Origin: Botryllus schlosseri
Lineage: Eukaryota
NCBI GenBank assembly: GCA_051294905.1
Contig: CM119383.1
Coordinates: 6,572,001-6,636,000 of the forward strand
DNA length: 64,000 nucleotides
Direction of reading: 5' to 3'
The notes beneath the pieces were generated by a model. That model worked only from the letters and a program-made list of their open reading frames with translations. It had not been told where the DNA came from and made no database searches. A program made the translations under genes and the position numbers. Shown piece after piece: positions 47,253 to 60,664 of the stretch; the stretch's first letter is position 1; every line of letters begins with the position of its first letter.

Positions 47253-49444
47253 GCACTCAGCAAAGAAATGCAGTAACTAACAAAGCGATGATAAAATACC
47301 ACATCCATGTTATATCACTTATTGTGCTGGATAGCTTCAAAGTCAATTTGATATATGTATGCTGTATTTGTCCATTGATTCAACAAGGTTGGACGATCGA
47401 GTTTTACCTTGTCGTTATGGATACATTGTTAACTAAACAAATATGCACTTCAAAGCAACATTGTTTAAGCATCATTGTCATCTGGGTTAACAAGAATGGT
47501 TTCATCCAATAAACCCATCTCGATCACGATGATTTAAAGCTATTTAAAAGACTAGGCCTAAGGTTTAGGATTTACTGGTATTCCTCTCATTACAGTACAG
47601 CCAAATATTCAATAGAAAAATATTAATATTGAATTCATTTCAATTCTGAAGCCATCATCCAACATTATCCATCTCACACTATTAGTTTAACCACAGTATG
47701 GTTTCAATCGAAAACAGTGACTACTATAGCTATCAAGAAGTGTTTAATAAGATTACCAGCCTCGTGAAGGGTCTTACTATCAAGCAGATAATTATGGTCA
47801 GTAACAAATTACTGCTACTTCGAAGCGTCTTGATAATCACTCACTACCATCAATTTTACGTGCCGTTGAGTAGGAATTCACGGAAATACTTTACTGGAGC
47901 TTGAATTGAAAAAAAAATGCTATCTGAGAAATATAAAGATACTATTCGGACTTTGGACAGTGGAGATCACATTAGTTACTTGTACTTCTTCAAAAGTTGT
48001 TGCAGTCATTAAGAACTTTAGATAATTACAATTGCAGTGCAAATTACATGGGTAGCTCAACTTCATATGTTGATCAAGCAGAACCGTGGCGTTACAACTA
48101 AAGGCAAGATATACTTTGTCAGCGACTAGTGAATACCTCTGTGGATGGGGATCCAGGGTCTACAAATTTGCATGCTGGTATTCACGCCATATAACGTAAG
48201 ATATAGCCTATCCCTAAAATACATCAAACATATATTAGATTAGAGCACTATGAACTATCAACGTATCCTATTCCCATATTATATGAGACAATTAAGGGGG
48301 TAACAGTGCCCTGACCGGTTTATGATTAATATTTTCGGAATCAGAGTGAAATTAGATTTTGATTAAGACTGGTTATATTAACTTGAACAGGAATCACCAC
48401 ATAAGATTATAGATAAAAATACATATTAACATAGATATGATATATATCGTGAATAATCAATTACAAATAACGATTATTACGGTGTGCAATCACCCAAAAT
48501 GATATATCGAACATAAAGCATTTTCAGAAATAGCAGGGTACCGTTGCGGGAGTATAGCCTACTGTAATAGACAACATTGTGTATTTCACGCACCATATTC
48601 GGATACAGATATGACTTCCTGTTTCAACTCCCCGGAAACATACATCTCTGCACCGTATGTAATTTAAGTAAAGCGGTGTTTTTAAAGTGTGATATAATCA
48701 CTTGACTGTCCATTCAATCATTCAACATTCAATCAAGGTGTATATGGGTATTTTCATTCAATCAGCATGCCTCTTAACACATTCTTCGATTTGCTAAGTA
48801 CTATCCATTTCATATTTGCAGGTAAAAGTGGGAGTTCAATGAATGGACCAACTTCATCAATGAGTACAACAATTATGACGGCCTGCTGTATAGTGAATTG
48901 CAATTCTTGTATAGTATCTTTAATAGAAATATTTAGAATTAATATGCATGAACTTTTTTCATTTCATTCTAGTAGAGTAGGATTTACTATTTGATTTGCT
49001 TTCATATGATTTACCTTGTCAGGACGACAGCTCAGGACAGTACAAAACTAGAATTATTGATTATGTAATATCCGACTGAATTCAAGTATTATTTATATAC
49101 ACTTGAATAAAACACATTCATACTCGATATGCGACGTCTTAGTTAGCCTACAAACCATGCGCGACCGCCGTGTTCGCAAAGCAAAGTTAACGAAATGACA
49201 AGATGATACAATACCTTGATAATTAGGTTGTCGCTTGTCGGAACAAATGATATCGTACGAAACCACAAGCCGATACAGTGGCGGCGATAGACTGGGAAAT
49301 ATTCTGCAGTTATTGGGCTTGCTATATTCATAGCTAAGACAAACTGATGGACTCGCTCCTGTCTTTTCATCAACTGATTCCGCGACTCAACTCAGCCCGC
49401 TGTCGCACTTGCAATACACAAACACACTGCCGTCTGGCATCGTA

Positions 49445-49457
49445 GTTACCATGGAAC
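49445..49457. promoter_or_regulatory. RFX X-box-like palindrome
   Basis: GTTACCATGGAAC resembles GTTNCCATGGNAAC and lies in a CpG-richer patch between WDR17 and PLK4; short motif, target unknown. Confidence 0.3.
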
Positions 49458-51460
49458 AGCGACTATGATCTCGGCACCGTTCCGCATGAGTCTGTCCAGT
49501 GAAATCGTTATCATCACCAGTTTTTAAATGATTTTATGCTTTCAAAGATAAGACGAAATTGCGATTTAGTAAAAGATATGAAGGTGTCGAAACGACTTGG
49601 AGTAGTTTTTCAAATCAGACACCCATTGGTTGATAAGTCAGATCAATGTCCGATAATCCCAGTGATCTATATCAAATATCCATATGGTATCCAGAGGTGG
49701 TCAAAGTAGTCAAGAAAGCCACTCAAGTACGAGTAGTAGAGGTACTTCTTCAATGAGCAACCTAAAACTACTTGAAGTAGATTCGACTGACTTTAAATCT
49801 ACTCAAGTAAGTAAGTAGTTGTGAAAACGATCGTAATTCGTTCCCGTGGATTGTCTATAGGTGCAGATTGAGCTATGCCAGATGTGCAGAGCTTGACTCA
49901 TATTGATGCATACCAGGAGGTATCCAATTTTCGTCAGCATAAGCATTCGTCCGCATCATGAGATGAAAATGATACTATTGACATGGAAATGCGATACTAA
50001 TCCTCTATTTACTCGAACAGCACGTTTTAGAAAATATCATGGTATGGCGCCCTCCCCCATATTATAAGGCCGTAGTTTAGTCGAAAAGCAATACGGAGAA
50101 GTTGCATAGGATACGGTGTAAACACTTTGTGCGATTAGTAAACGTTTATAAAAAATATGGTGGATCGTAAAATGCCATATTGTGTAGCTTTAGTTCCAGA
50201 AATTAAAGGCATCACTACACTTGCTTTTATACTTCAACATGTATGTTATCCAGACAAAAGAACTACTAATTCGAACTCAAAGTATGATACTGGGAATTGA
50301 AAGTAAAATATAAATGCTACTTCTAAAAGCGGAAAATGTATTTCATGTCTTTATAGTCCAGAAGTTTCAAAGGTGGTATGCTAAAACAGGTCTAAAACTA
50401 AATAAGAAGTCAGAGTCCACTTTTCCAGATTAGGACACGGCATGGGCTGCTAGATTACGATATGATAAGTAAATGCTAGACGAAATGCTAGTGCGAAACA
50501 TCAGTTTCAATCGTTATGAGCCAATTCATATGGGTGACAATGCGGTGTGAACAACCACGCAACGCGCTACCTAAATTATATTCACCGATACTTTCGTGAA
50601 ATCATACTGGTTACTCTATATCCACTATGCGCGAGGAAAAATCTGGGCTTTACTCAACTTTTATGAAAATTAAATGTTGATGCTCCGTTTGTGTTTGTGT
50701 TTGGGGTATTCATGGTGTTTGTCGACTACTATGGTCATTTACACCTGGCCGATATTCTTATTTTTCCGTAACTGCCGACTTGTAGCACGGCCCACCTCTA
50801 GACTTTTTGTATGACACCGCTGACGTGGATAAGGTGGCGAGGAGGAGTTGATGCTCTGTGAAAACAGCCCCGAAATTCGCCAGGGTATCTTCCTGATTGG
50901 AGGATTAAATTAGTTCTACTTGACAAACTGCACATAGCGAAAAGTAAGTAAATCACAAAATACTGCGAAGTAGAAGTAGCGAAAATAAGATATACTTGAG
51001 TACGTACCAGAAGTTGAGAACTAATTGGGTACTTCGAAAAAGTAGATGTACTTCGTTACTGACTAATACTGTATATTGTATATATCATATAGACATTATT
51101 GGTAATTCTGATGGCCGACTAGTAGCACTTATTCACAAATCGTGTCCACGAGTATTTTTTCAAGTCTAGTTAGCAGAGATGTATCAGTTTAGTCATAATT
51201 TCATCAGATCAATACACCACAAGATCGTGATACAATGAAAAGATGTATATACATCATTCGTCGGAGACAGAATCCGGACGAGCAATTTCCAAATATTTTT
51301 GCATTCCGAAATAAGGAGTTCCGCAAAGGGTCTTCAAGTAGTCTACGTCTTGCATATCGTGTCTTGAAAAAGACTACTCAGCAGTCAGTACTACTTCACA
51401 AAAATCCAATTTAGCAGACAAAGAACTGCTTATCAACTCGGATTTCTAGTACATGTTGAC

Positions 51461-51773
51461 TAGGCTTACCATACGTCCTCCTTTAAGAGGATTTGTCCTC
51501 TTTTTTACTTTTTTGAAAGTGTCCTCGGAGGACGCCCTTTTGTCCACTTTTTTGAGATTTTGTCCTCTTTTTTGAAAATTTAGGTCAGATTTAGAGGAAA
51601 TTGCGAGTGATATGCCGCAAATTAACGCAGCTCTGAGCGAAAAGACCTTTTTTTTTTTTCTCAGTCAACCGATCACGAAGTGGGAAAAATTTACCGGTTT
51701 TTGAGAATTCTTCTCCAGTTTTGCATGTCTGAAAGGTGTCCTCTTTTTACATTTCCAAAATATGGTAAGCCTA
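51461..51773. mobile_element. hAT (Tip100-like) MITE, 313 bp
   Basis: Perfect 13-bp TIRs TAGGCTTACCATA / TATGGTAAGCCTA; perfect 8-bp TSD ATGTTGAC. Confidence 0.9.
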
Positions 51774-52230
51774 ATGTTGACCCCATCCCATTTCCCAACT
51801 TCTGAACGGCTTTGACATCCTCACAAAAACCATGGCAATGAGTGAGTAGTTCAGAGTATGTGTGGAGTTGTCATTTATTACATTGATGTCAACACCCAAG
51901 TGCTACACAGACCAAAGAAACATACGCGCTTCATTTACTAACAGAAATATAGAGGCTCTGAAGAACATTCAAGAAAATATTTCCAACTACGCACACCAAT
52001 AAAGAAAACTATAAAATTCTAAAACAAAGTAGACATCAGCTACTAAAACAGTTTTGTGAAATAGGTAGGGAACATGACTAGGAAGTAGGAACACAAGTAT
52101 GCAGAGTTATTATGATTATGCAATTTCGGAGGTACAATGCTATGGTGTTGCGGTCCTGGAAGTAGCACCAAGGCCACTTATGATGAGCGTCATTTTCAGC
52201 AGATTGCGCAATTATCTCGGTTAAAAAATA

Positions 52231-55200
52231 CTACTGTTTCAGGAGCAACTCTACAACAAAAGGTAACTGCGACAACTTCCTCTTCACATAGTCTGGTAAT
52301 TTCGCGCCTTGTCCAAATCTGTGGGAAACATTTCAAGTTCAATACAAGAAGTCAGATTTAAAAAAAAAAAATACCTTTCTATTTGACCATTCGTATGGCC
52401 GTACACAATCTTTGTGGACGCCGACTGCACCAAAATTTGTGTTTTGTCCTCATATTGAACCCAGATGTCGCCGCAGCTAAGGTGTGATGCGGTGCCGAGA
52501 TTTGGTATTGAAACGGAACGAACTACTTCGTCTCTGCTTGCCAGTGGAGCAGCATTAACTTGTAAATGACTGGCCGAACCTGAATAAGAAAGGCAACTTT
52601 ACAAATCTAAAAATGAATTACATTTGTTATAGCATGATGCTTTAGGTTTTATGCAGGCATCGAGGTTAAGAACATTACAGCCACTAAATTCTGAATTTTT
52701 CTGTGTTCATACATCATTGTATCTTATATCCATGTCAATTTAGTATTAGCTACACCGCCAATGCGATGCAAGCGATACGAGCCAAATCTGATAACAAAAT
52801 CACATGGTTCAAATCATGACAATTGCAGATTACTCAGTTCACTATTATTAAAAATGTATTGCACAATTACATAGCAATAAGGATAGAAACCTAGACTTCC
52901 TCCGCTATTGCGGCATCACTTTGTAACTCAAAAAATAATTTAGTGTACACCACGCAAGCACGATAATAGCATCGGGCCCAGAGCTTGCACCTACGAAAGT
53001 CAATGATGTCATAACAAGCCACACAAGAGATGAGGATCGATTCGAATTTGAGAAAAAAACGGAATTGATGAATTGGGCTACAGATATACGAATAATTCGA
53101 AGCTGGGTTTTGATATAGACATGAAAATTCACCTTACTTTTGACAAAATTTCAGCCATTACCAGACTTGTACATGTTATGAAATTGATTCTGAATTTGGT
53201 CTCGAAAATCTTAAATCCGATCACTCCATACAGACACACCGACATTATCTTCCAAGTCCAACACTTTACTTTAACCACACTCCCCAAACCCCCCCACAAT
53301 CACAAAATCAACGAACCTGTCATGCCAGATTCAGAATGCGTCGGCTTTGACGATGATCTCGAATTGGGCGTTGCGGGCAAACTGCGATGCCCTTTCGAAG
53401 GGGCCTTTGAGCTCACGCCCGTCGCTACCGTGTTGTACGACAGGACGGACTCCGTCAGACGAATGGGCGGCGCAATGCTGGGCGACGTGGGACTAGGCAC
53501 GCATGGCGAGGGCATGCTGCCGGGCGACATGCACTCTTCGCGAGCCGGGTCCCTGCCTCTTCTTTCGGGCGTGTTCTGGCAAGAGGTTTTCCGTCCTGTT
53601 ATTTTCGTCTGTGTCGGGTTGGCGTGGGGCGGTCTCCTGCAAATAATGAGATTTTGCAAGTGAGTTTAAGGGGGTGCTTGTACGAGAAAGGACTCGACTT
53701 CGGTCACGATTTTTTCTGGCTTGACTCGAGTCATTTTCTTCTACGGAATACGGAAAATGACTTGACTTGAGTCAACTTGTGTACTGATAGTCATTGCGCA
53801 TGACTTAACCAAGTCATATGACTTGAAACTCGTAAGGCATTTCATTGTAATTTCGAGGAAAGGCAACGCTACCACGCTAATGGTATTTCGACTACGAGTA
53901 CTGGTACTTAAAAAAATTACGCCAATAACTGTTAAGAGTGAGGGAAATCAGTATATTATGAATGTGAGGCATTCGATATCACTCAGGCCGAGTGAACTCC
54001 AAACTGAACAATGGTAAACTGAACAATGACTCAACTTGACACAAGTCAGAACTATAAAAGACAGATTGACTTGTGACTAGGACCGTGTGACTTGGTTACA
54101 ACCACATATTGTGCAATATTCCCAACCCTGCAGAAGATACAGCACGAAATCTAATCCCTGGTTACATAATTCGGACTCCAACATGGTGTAACACGCATAT
54201 AAATGAACATAATGATCATTTTAATGAGGTGTGAGGTATGCAAAAGCTCAGTAATGAAGTATTTGTACTTTTTCAAAGTACTCAAGTAAGTTCTGAGATG
54301 AGTTTGCAACGGTTTCGTGTGTGGAATAGCCATCACAGTAATTGCAGAATATGTTTTCGAAGATTGTACCTATTCAAGCGTCACTGTCGCATTGAATATT
54401 CACAGTAGCACACCTCCGATTAATTGCCAAAAGTATACAGCACTTGGTCTGAACTTCTGGAGTACTTTCAAACCTTTCAACTTCTAATTCCACTTGAGGT
54501 AATCTTGACACTCCTTGGAAATACCTACTTCTACTCGTACTTGAGTAGATATTTTAGGTGTTACTACTACTGGAGTATCAATGCCGACTACTTTGACCAC
54601 TTCTGGCGGCACGCCACAAAACAAACACGCCACAGTAAATTCAATTTACCTCGACACCGTTATCGGAAAGTATGCCGAGCTTTTGCCATCTCTCTCCATG
54701 CTTGATATGGTCGATTCCAATTTCAGGCATTTTTCACGAATCTGCAACGCGTGCCCGACCTTTTCACGCAGCTCGGCGCACAAGCTCTCCGTGTCATATC
54801 CGTGGTAGACGCTGAAAATAATTATCCAACGAGTCAGTAAAAAACAGCTTGAATTAAAAGACGGACCGCTCAACTCTTAGAAGATGGTAACTTTTTTAAA
54901 GTACTCAAGTGGATTTTGCATACTCGAAGTACTTACTCGCGACTTTAGACTATCTCCACTTCCAGGCAAAACTTCTACCTTCTCACACCCTAGATTTTGA
55001 AAGCAGGAATAATTCTTAGAATATGTCTGCATCACTGATTTTGTGTTAGCCGCTAAGAAAGTAGCTTCGGAGCATGTTTTGCATTACTTTTACGTCCGAA
55101 TGGCCTCCCTTTTCGACGATTTGTCCTCCTTTTAAGCCTAATACGCCCAAAAAGACCGCAAAACACGTTAAATTTCTGCCTACAAGACAGACAAAGGGAT

Positions 55201-58200
55201 ACGCGGGAGTCAAATATCAAAAGCGACCCTTCTTTTTCAAGTCAACACCGCAGAAGTATCGTGAAAAGTAGGTAACGCGGTAGAAGTCGTGCCAAAGTGA
55301 TGACCTTATTTTTAGTCTACATAAAAAGAGTTCCAGTAAATATATCAAAACCAGCTGTCTTTTATTCCGGTGAATCAACTTTTATGATTTGATAAAAGCT
55401 TGCTCCTTTCCTGATTCCAAACTATGGTAACCCTAATAGCTAATATCCTTTCACTGTAACTCAATGATATATTCGAGATTCAATCTATTTGCAGTATTCC
55501 CAAGGCATTTTGTGATGGATGTGATTTCAAAAGCAGAGCCCCCCCCCCCCCCGATTAACTGACTTCTTCTGACCATATTTGCTCTTACCTCCCGGTCTTT
55601 GTGTCGCTGGCTGGGTGAAGGGTTGTCAGATGTCCCGAGGAATCGATAATCTGCGTTTTCCCTTTCGTCTGGTGAACTTTGGAGCCTGGTTTAACGCGTG
55701 GTTGTTAGCGAAAGCCATAAAAACATTTCAATTTCAATTACCATCGTAGAAGCACACTTCAAAATCAGCGTCCGGGTCATTTTCCATAAGCATACATTTC
55801 GCTTTATTTGTGAATAACGTCACTTTTGTTGTTTTCGATCTCACCAGTTGTACGAACCTTGGTATCGAAACATCGACGATTACATCGATTATAAATTACA
55901 AACCAGGCCACGACTTACTTTGCTAGATATCTGAACTTATTTTTGTAGCGGTCCGGAATATTTTCCGTCGTAAAATCAGAACATTTGTCACCAACCGCCG
56001 GCACTTCGTCCATGCCTCGTTCCGTTGCGTCAGGGACATATATCTAAAACAACGGCGGTTTATATACAATGTAATACAGAACATATGTTAGGTGGCAAAA
56101 ATTGCCTGAGGGTATCCGTGTATCAAAACAAAAAAAAAGAGTCTGAAAAGTGAAATTGTCCTGTTCTGTAGCCTACTTTGTACTGTTTTCCCTGGGTGTT
56201 GTAGTTATCAAAGTGGTCTCAAAGTGCTCAAATGCTACTTCAGTAGGTATCAAATTACTCTTTTTGCCTGAAAATCTTTGAAGAAGTGGAAGCAGCCTAC
56301 TAACATAACCACGTTAGTCAGTAATGCATGTTGAGCAAAACGTTTGAGTACTCTTCACTAACTACCTCTTGTTATATTAATACGTCAGAATCTAAATCTT
56401 GGGGCAATAGTTCCAATGACAATAATTTTAATAGAGACAACTACCTTGACGTTTTTGCCATCGGCCGACAACCTCAAGACTTCAGTGACACCTTCTCGCC
56501 CGTTCTGCGTCTTTATCGTTTCCAGGCAGACCTCGCCGTTTTCGAGAATGCTCAACTGTAAGAGAATACAGAAAGGCCATCAACACAGTCGGAATCGGGC
56601 AAACCGTAATTCAAACTTTACAATTGCGTTCTTCATTCTTTGCCGTATGGTGGGAAGTCTATCGGAGTTTATCGGGGGTATTGGCTCTTTCGTTTTAGTC
56701 CGGAGAGAAGCGGATTTCGACGAATGTTTGCTGCCATCTGCAATTGAGCATTATTAGATAGCACACGATTTCAAGTACCCAATATGAAATAGAGATGAAG
56801 CAAAAATTCTTTGAATAACGCGACAAGTCGAAAGAAATCGCAATTCGATGTGCAGACGGGCGACTAAACAGACGTAAATTAATAGCACTGTTGCCAAGAT
56901 CAATGTATTGTATATATGTATATAGCTAATTTTAAAAGACGCAACAGCATAGATATCGCTTTGTCGATAAATAACATTTTTAGCATTCGAAGTCGGACCA
57001 AATATCATCCCAAACACAGAGTAGTCATCGCTGTACTAAAGTAGAAGTGAAAGTAATGTCATAAATGTCTACTCAAGTTACAAGTAGAAGTAGTGATTTC
57101 TAAGTAAATAACAAAGTATTCGAGCCCTGAAAACCGCCAAGTTTAGTAGCCTAAAATCACTACCACTAAGCAGTGCAAGGAGACAATACCTAATATAAAA
57201 CTTAGAAAATGCAGAAGCAGTTCATTACTACCAGCAACCTCTGCCTGAACAACGAATATTTTCAACATGAGCAAACGCTCACCCAACGTACCGACGGGTC
57301 TGGCAAAATTTCCATCAAACTTCCTTCGACTCTCTCCCCCCACGTCGGGCCGAAAATTCTCCTTGTCCTCCTCGTCCGCCGGCCCCCGAGCCGTCCGCCT
57401 GTCGTGCGACACGCTCCGGCACCTTTCCAACTTTTGCGGGATTTTTTGCAGCGAAGACGAAGAGCTGGAATACAATTCGCTGCGCGCCCGGTGACCGCCG
57501 GCGTACGACAGGTTCTCGCAACTGCGAAACTTGTGAGACGCGTCTGCGCGCCTGTCCGCGTACGAGTCCGAATCGCAACAGCTGCAGCTGGTGCTGCTGT
57601 GTTTACGACACAGGGAATAATTACTGCTCGAAGCGGCGCGTTCGAAAGAATCCAACGACGGCTGGCTGCCGCGCCACTGTCTCGAAGTTGACTTATAAAA
57701 TTTCGGGTCATACTTAGGTGTCCCTGTCATAAAATTATCGCCTTTATGAGCGTCGCAAATATTCGATAACGATTTTTGAGAATCCGCGCGCGTCTTATTG
57801 TCATATTTATCGCCCGCATTACTTCGCGCCCTTGAAATATTCGACAAAGCGCGCGTGTGTGTATTTGGGCTCTCGCATAGTTTTTTCGGGGGGTTCAATT
57901 TCGACGGTAGCAAATGTTCAGAACTTTGACACGATTTGGGAGAGTCCATTTCTCTGCGGTTTTCAAACTTCGGGGTGCTGTAATTTACAGGGCGCGCGTC
58001 GAAATCCCTTCCATCAAAAAATCTGCAGTCTTCGCTGCCGCAGTTCGCTTTCCTGCATTCGCCGCAAGCGTCTGCGCGTTTGTCCGAACGCGGCACGACT
58101 AACGGGCGCGTCTTCGGCGGTAGCCGTGACGTGGTTGGAGTGGTCTTCTGACCGTTTAGTTTGCTGTACCACTGTGTCGAATTCGTCGTCATGGTGGCCA

Positions 58201-60664
58201 GTCCGCTGTCTATGGAGTCGTCCTGGTCTTTGCTGTCCCAAGCTTGATTCTGAATTCATATATACAATTACATCTCTGCAGCACATCAATTAATCAACAC
58301 GGGAGACCTAAACAATTCGCGAACGTGGTCAAAGTTATCATTGTTGGTACCCGAGCAGAAGTAAAGCAGTAAACTTTGATTGAAGTACGTAAAGCAGTAA
58401 ACTTTGATTGAAGTAGAAGTATCAATCATATGAGGAAGTAATGCAAATACGCAATAGGATTGAGCACTTAGAATTACTTCACTACTGACGACTTGCAACA
58501 CGAGGAAAGTTGTCATTGCCGTTAGCTCTACAGTTCCCCACTGTGAAACTCTTCCAATGGGCATGAATTTTGACCATCTTTCTATACGGTATATAAAAGC
58601 ATCATTTGGGTAGTATTTCTATGCTATATATTCCAACCATTTGTAGATGTAACGAGTTTTATTAGTAAGGCTGTTGTTCATCGATGCTCGGCACTTAATA
58701 TTTACTGATTTGTCCAATCAGAAAATTACATTGGCGGAACAAATAATAACAAAGCAACTTAACGGTGTCGAACAGGGTGGGGTCGATATGACTCTGGGTA
58801 GGGTCAACTGATCTGATCACACCCTGCATTCAACAATTACAGATGTTATTTATATAGTTGATTGGAATTGGTCGTGATTAAAAAATTCAGCTCAGCATAT
58901 TAAAATAATTAATTATTGATATGAAAAAATTTAGGGTGGCACAAGTGGGGTCAGTAATATGAGACGAGGTGACGGAATAATAATTTTTTAAAGGTGTGAT
59001 ACGGAGGGTAGAAGGTCCCATATGGATGTAGACGTGGAGGTATAGACTTCCAAACAACAGGACCGGCATAGTCGATTGATTTCTTTGTGACATTACTTGG
59101 TGGGAGGACGTACATGGATGTTGCCCTTGGAAGAAAATCTGGTATTGTGGGAGCGTAGGCCTACACTTCGAGCAAGGACAAAGAAATGGTTGAAGACAGG
59201 AGGCAAGTCATTCGAAAAATAATAAGGGAGCATTATAAACGAGTCGCTCAAGCAGAAATGTAGTCTTATGAAATGAAACCAACCACCAAACGCAACTCTT
59301 CGATTCAAGTTATTAAATTTCATTCACAAGAAATTTTCATTCAAAACAACACACAATTGTGCAACTTCGAGGTCGGTAACTTCAATGCTATTACAGAATA
59401 GCTACTCCACATACCATGAAGGAATGATCCAAAACTGCCGACAGCGTGATTCTGTCTGAAGGATTTTTCCTCAAAAGTTTCCGTATCAAATCCCTCGCGC
59501 TATCCCCCACTTCTGGAGGAAGCTCATAATCTCCCATCACCACCTTACTCAACGTGCTTTTGACAGCGTCGGTCTTAAAAAAACGGGAACGTAAACACAA
59601 GGAATCAACGGTACATCGAAATACTTACATCAAATGGCGGGTGACCAACTAAAAAGGTATATAACATGCAACCTAAAGACCATACGTCCGATTGGAGACC
59701 GTGGGCACTCCTTGTGGCAATTTCTCTGAAATACGATAGAAAGATCAAGCAATCGTAAATTATTAGGAAAGGATATTGACTCACGGCGAAATAAAATTAG
59801 GCGTCCCGCACATCGTGAAGTGCTTATCCGTAGGCATAGCGAGTTTTGTCGCAAGGCCAAAGTCTGCGATCTTAATGTGGAGAGTATCGGTGAGCAATAT
59901 GTTCGACAGCGTCAAGTCTCTGTGAATAATTCCTTGCGCGTGGAGGTGTAACATGCCGTCGACAATTTGATTCATGAACGTACGTGCTGGAAAGACAACG
60001 GGCAATTCTGTCACATAGTGACTCTACAACTGGAAAAAAATCGCTGTCAAAACACGAAAACTAGACGGAATCAAAGAATACTAGCTGAGAGTTACAGAAC
60101 TTCAATAAACAATTGAAAAACATATTCATTTTGAAATAAACCCTACAGCTGACACTTGTCAGGGTAATTGTCAGAGATTAGTAGAGAATTCAAAGAACTG
60201 GTGCTTATTTCAATACGAATATATGATTCAATTGTGTGTAGGGCAATGATAGCAAGTATGTCATTAATACGGACCTGCATGAATGCATCAAAACGTAATT
60301 TTTTACCTTGATCTTCAGACAAGTTTCCATTTGACTTTATGTATTTGCTGAGTTCCCCGCCCAGACACAGTTCTAAGACGAGATAGACGTAAACCTCATC
60401 TTCAAAACAGTGGTAAAGCTCCAAGATTGACGAATGCTTGAGTTGGGCTTGGATCTCCACTTCGTTACGCACCCTGTTCACCATTCCCGACTTTCTCATG
60501 CTCTTTTTATCAATTACTTTGATCGCGACTTCTCTATTCGATACTAAACACCTGGCCCTGTAGACACAGGCGAACGCTCCTCGTCCAAGGAGATTGCTGA
60601 CTTTGTAATCGGAGATTTTGCTGCCTAACTCACAGCCGGCAACGTATGATTGGGTGGAGTCCAT
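52231..60664 (-). CDS. PLK4: Polo-like kinase 4 (kinase, degron linker, cryptic polo box, PB3), ~1040 aa, 14 coding exons
   Basis: Exons 60664-60307, 59986-59785, 59725-59629, 59573-59415, 58249-57283, 56737-56622, 56555-56445, 56043-55919, 55857-55742, 55685-55589, 54811-54650, 53636-53317, 52579-52375, 52318-52231 (3123 nt). Kinase motifs [38 protein letters not shown]; phosphodegron-like DSGLAT; cryptic polo box [16 protein letters not shown]; PB3 IWVQYED and [10 protein letters not shown]. An in-frame ATG 13 codons upstream (60703) is an alternative start. Confidence 0.94.
58860..59290 (-). mobile_element. 5'-truncated L2/CR1-type LINE 3' end in PLK4 intron 4
   Basis: Across one frameshift it reads LPPVFNHFF...[16 protein letters not shown] / [19 protein letters not shown]...[14 protein letters not shown], the typical C-terminal pattern of CR1/L2 ORF2. 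Boundaries are approximate. Confidence 0.65.
60085..60180 (-). repeat. Degenerate copy of hammerhead-bearing repeat in PLK4 intron 1
   Basis: Minus strand ATTACC-CTGACAA-GTGTCAGCTGTAGGGTTT (core mutated, GAAA/stem III lost); flank TACAGAACTTCAAT shared with the other copies. Confidence 0.55.

Noticed and set aside
51200-51415. Open + strand frame INTPQDRDTMKRC... that looks exon-like
   Set aside because: Its first part is the reverse complement of the repeated SINE tail and its end runs into an AGTA-rich MITE fragment.
57209-58293. Several long overlapping ORFs on both strands
   Set aside because: Shadow ORFs of the GC-rich 967-nt PLK4 linker exon.
58485-58525. CTGACGA...GAAA second hammerhead candidate
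   Set aside because: Stem I and stem III do not pair, and it lies in an unrelated MITE fragment.
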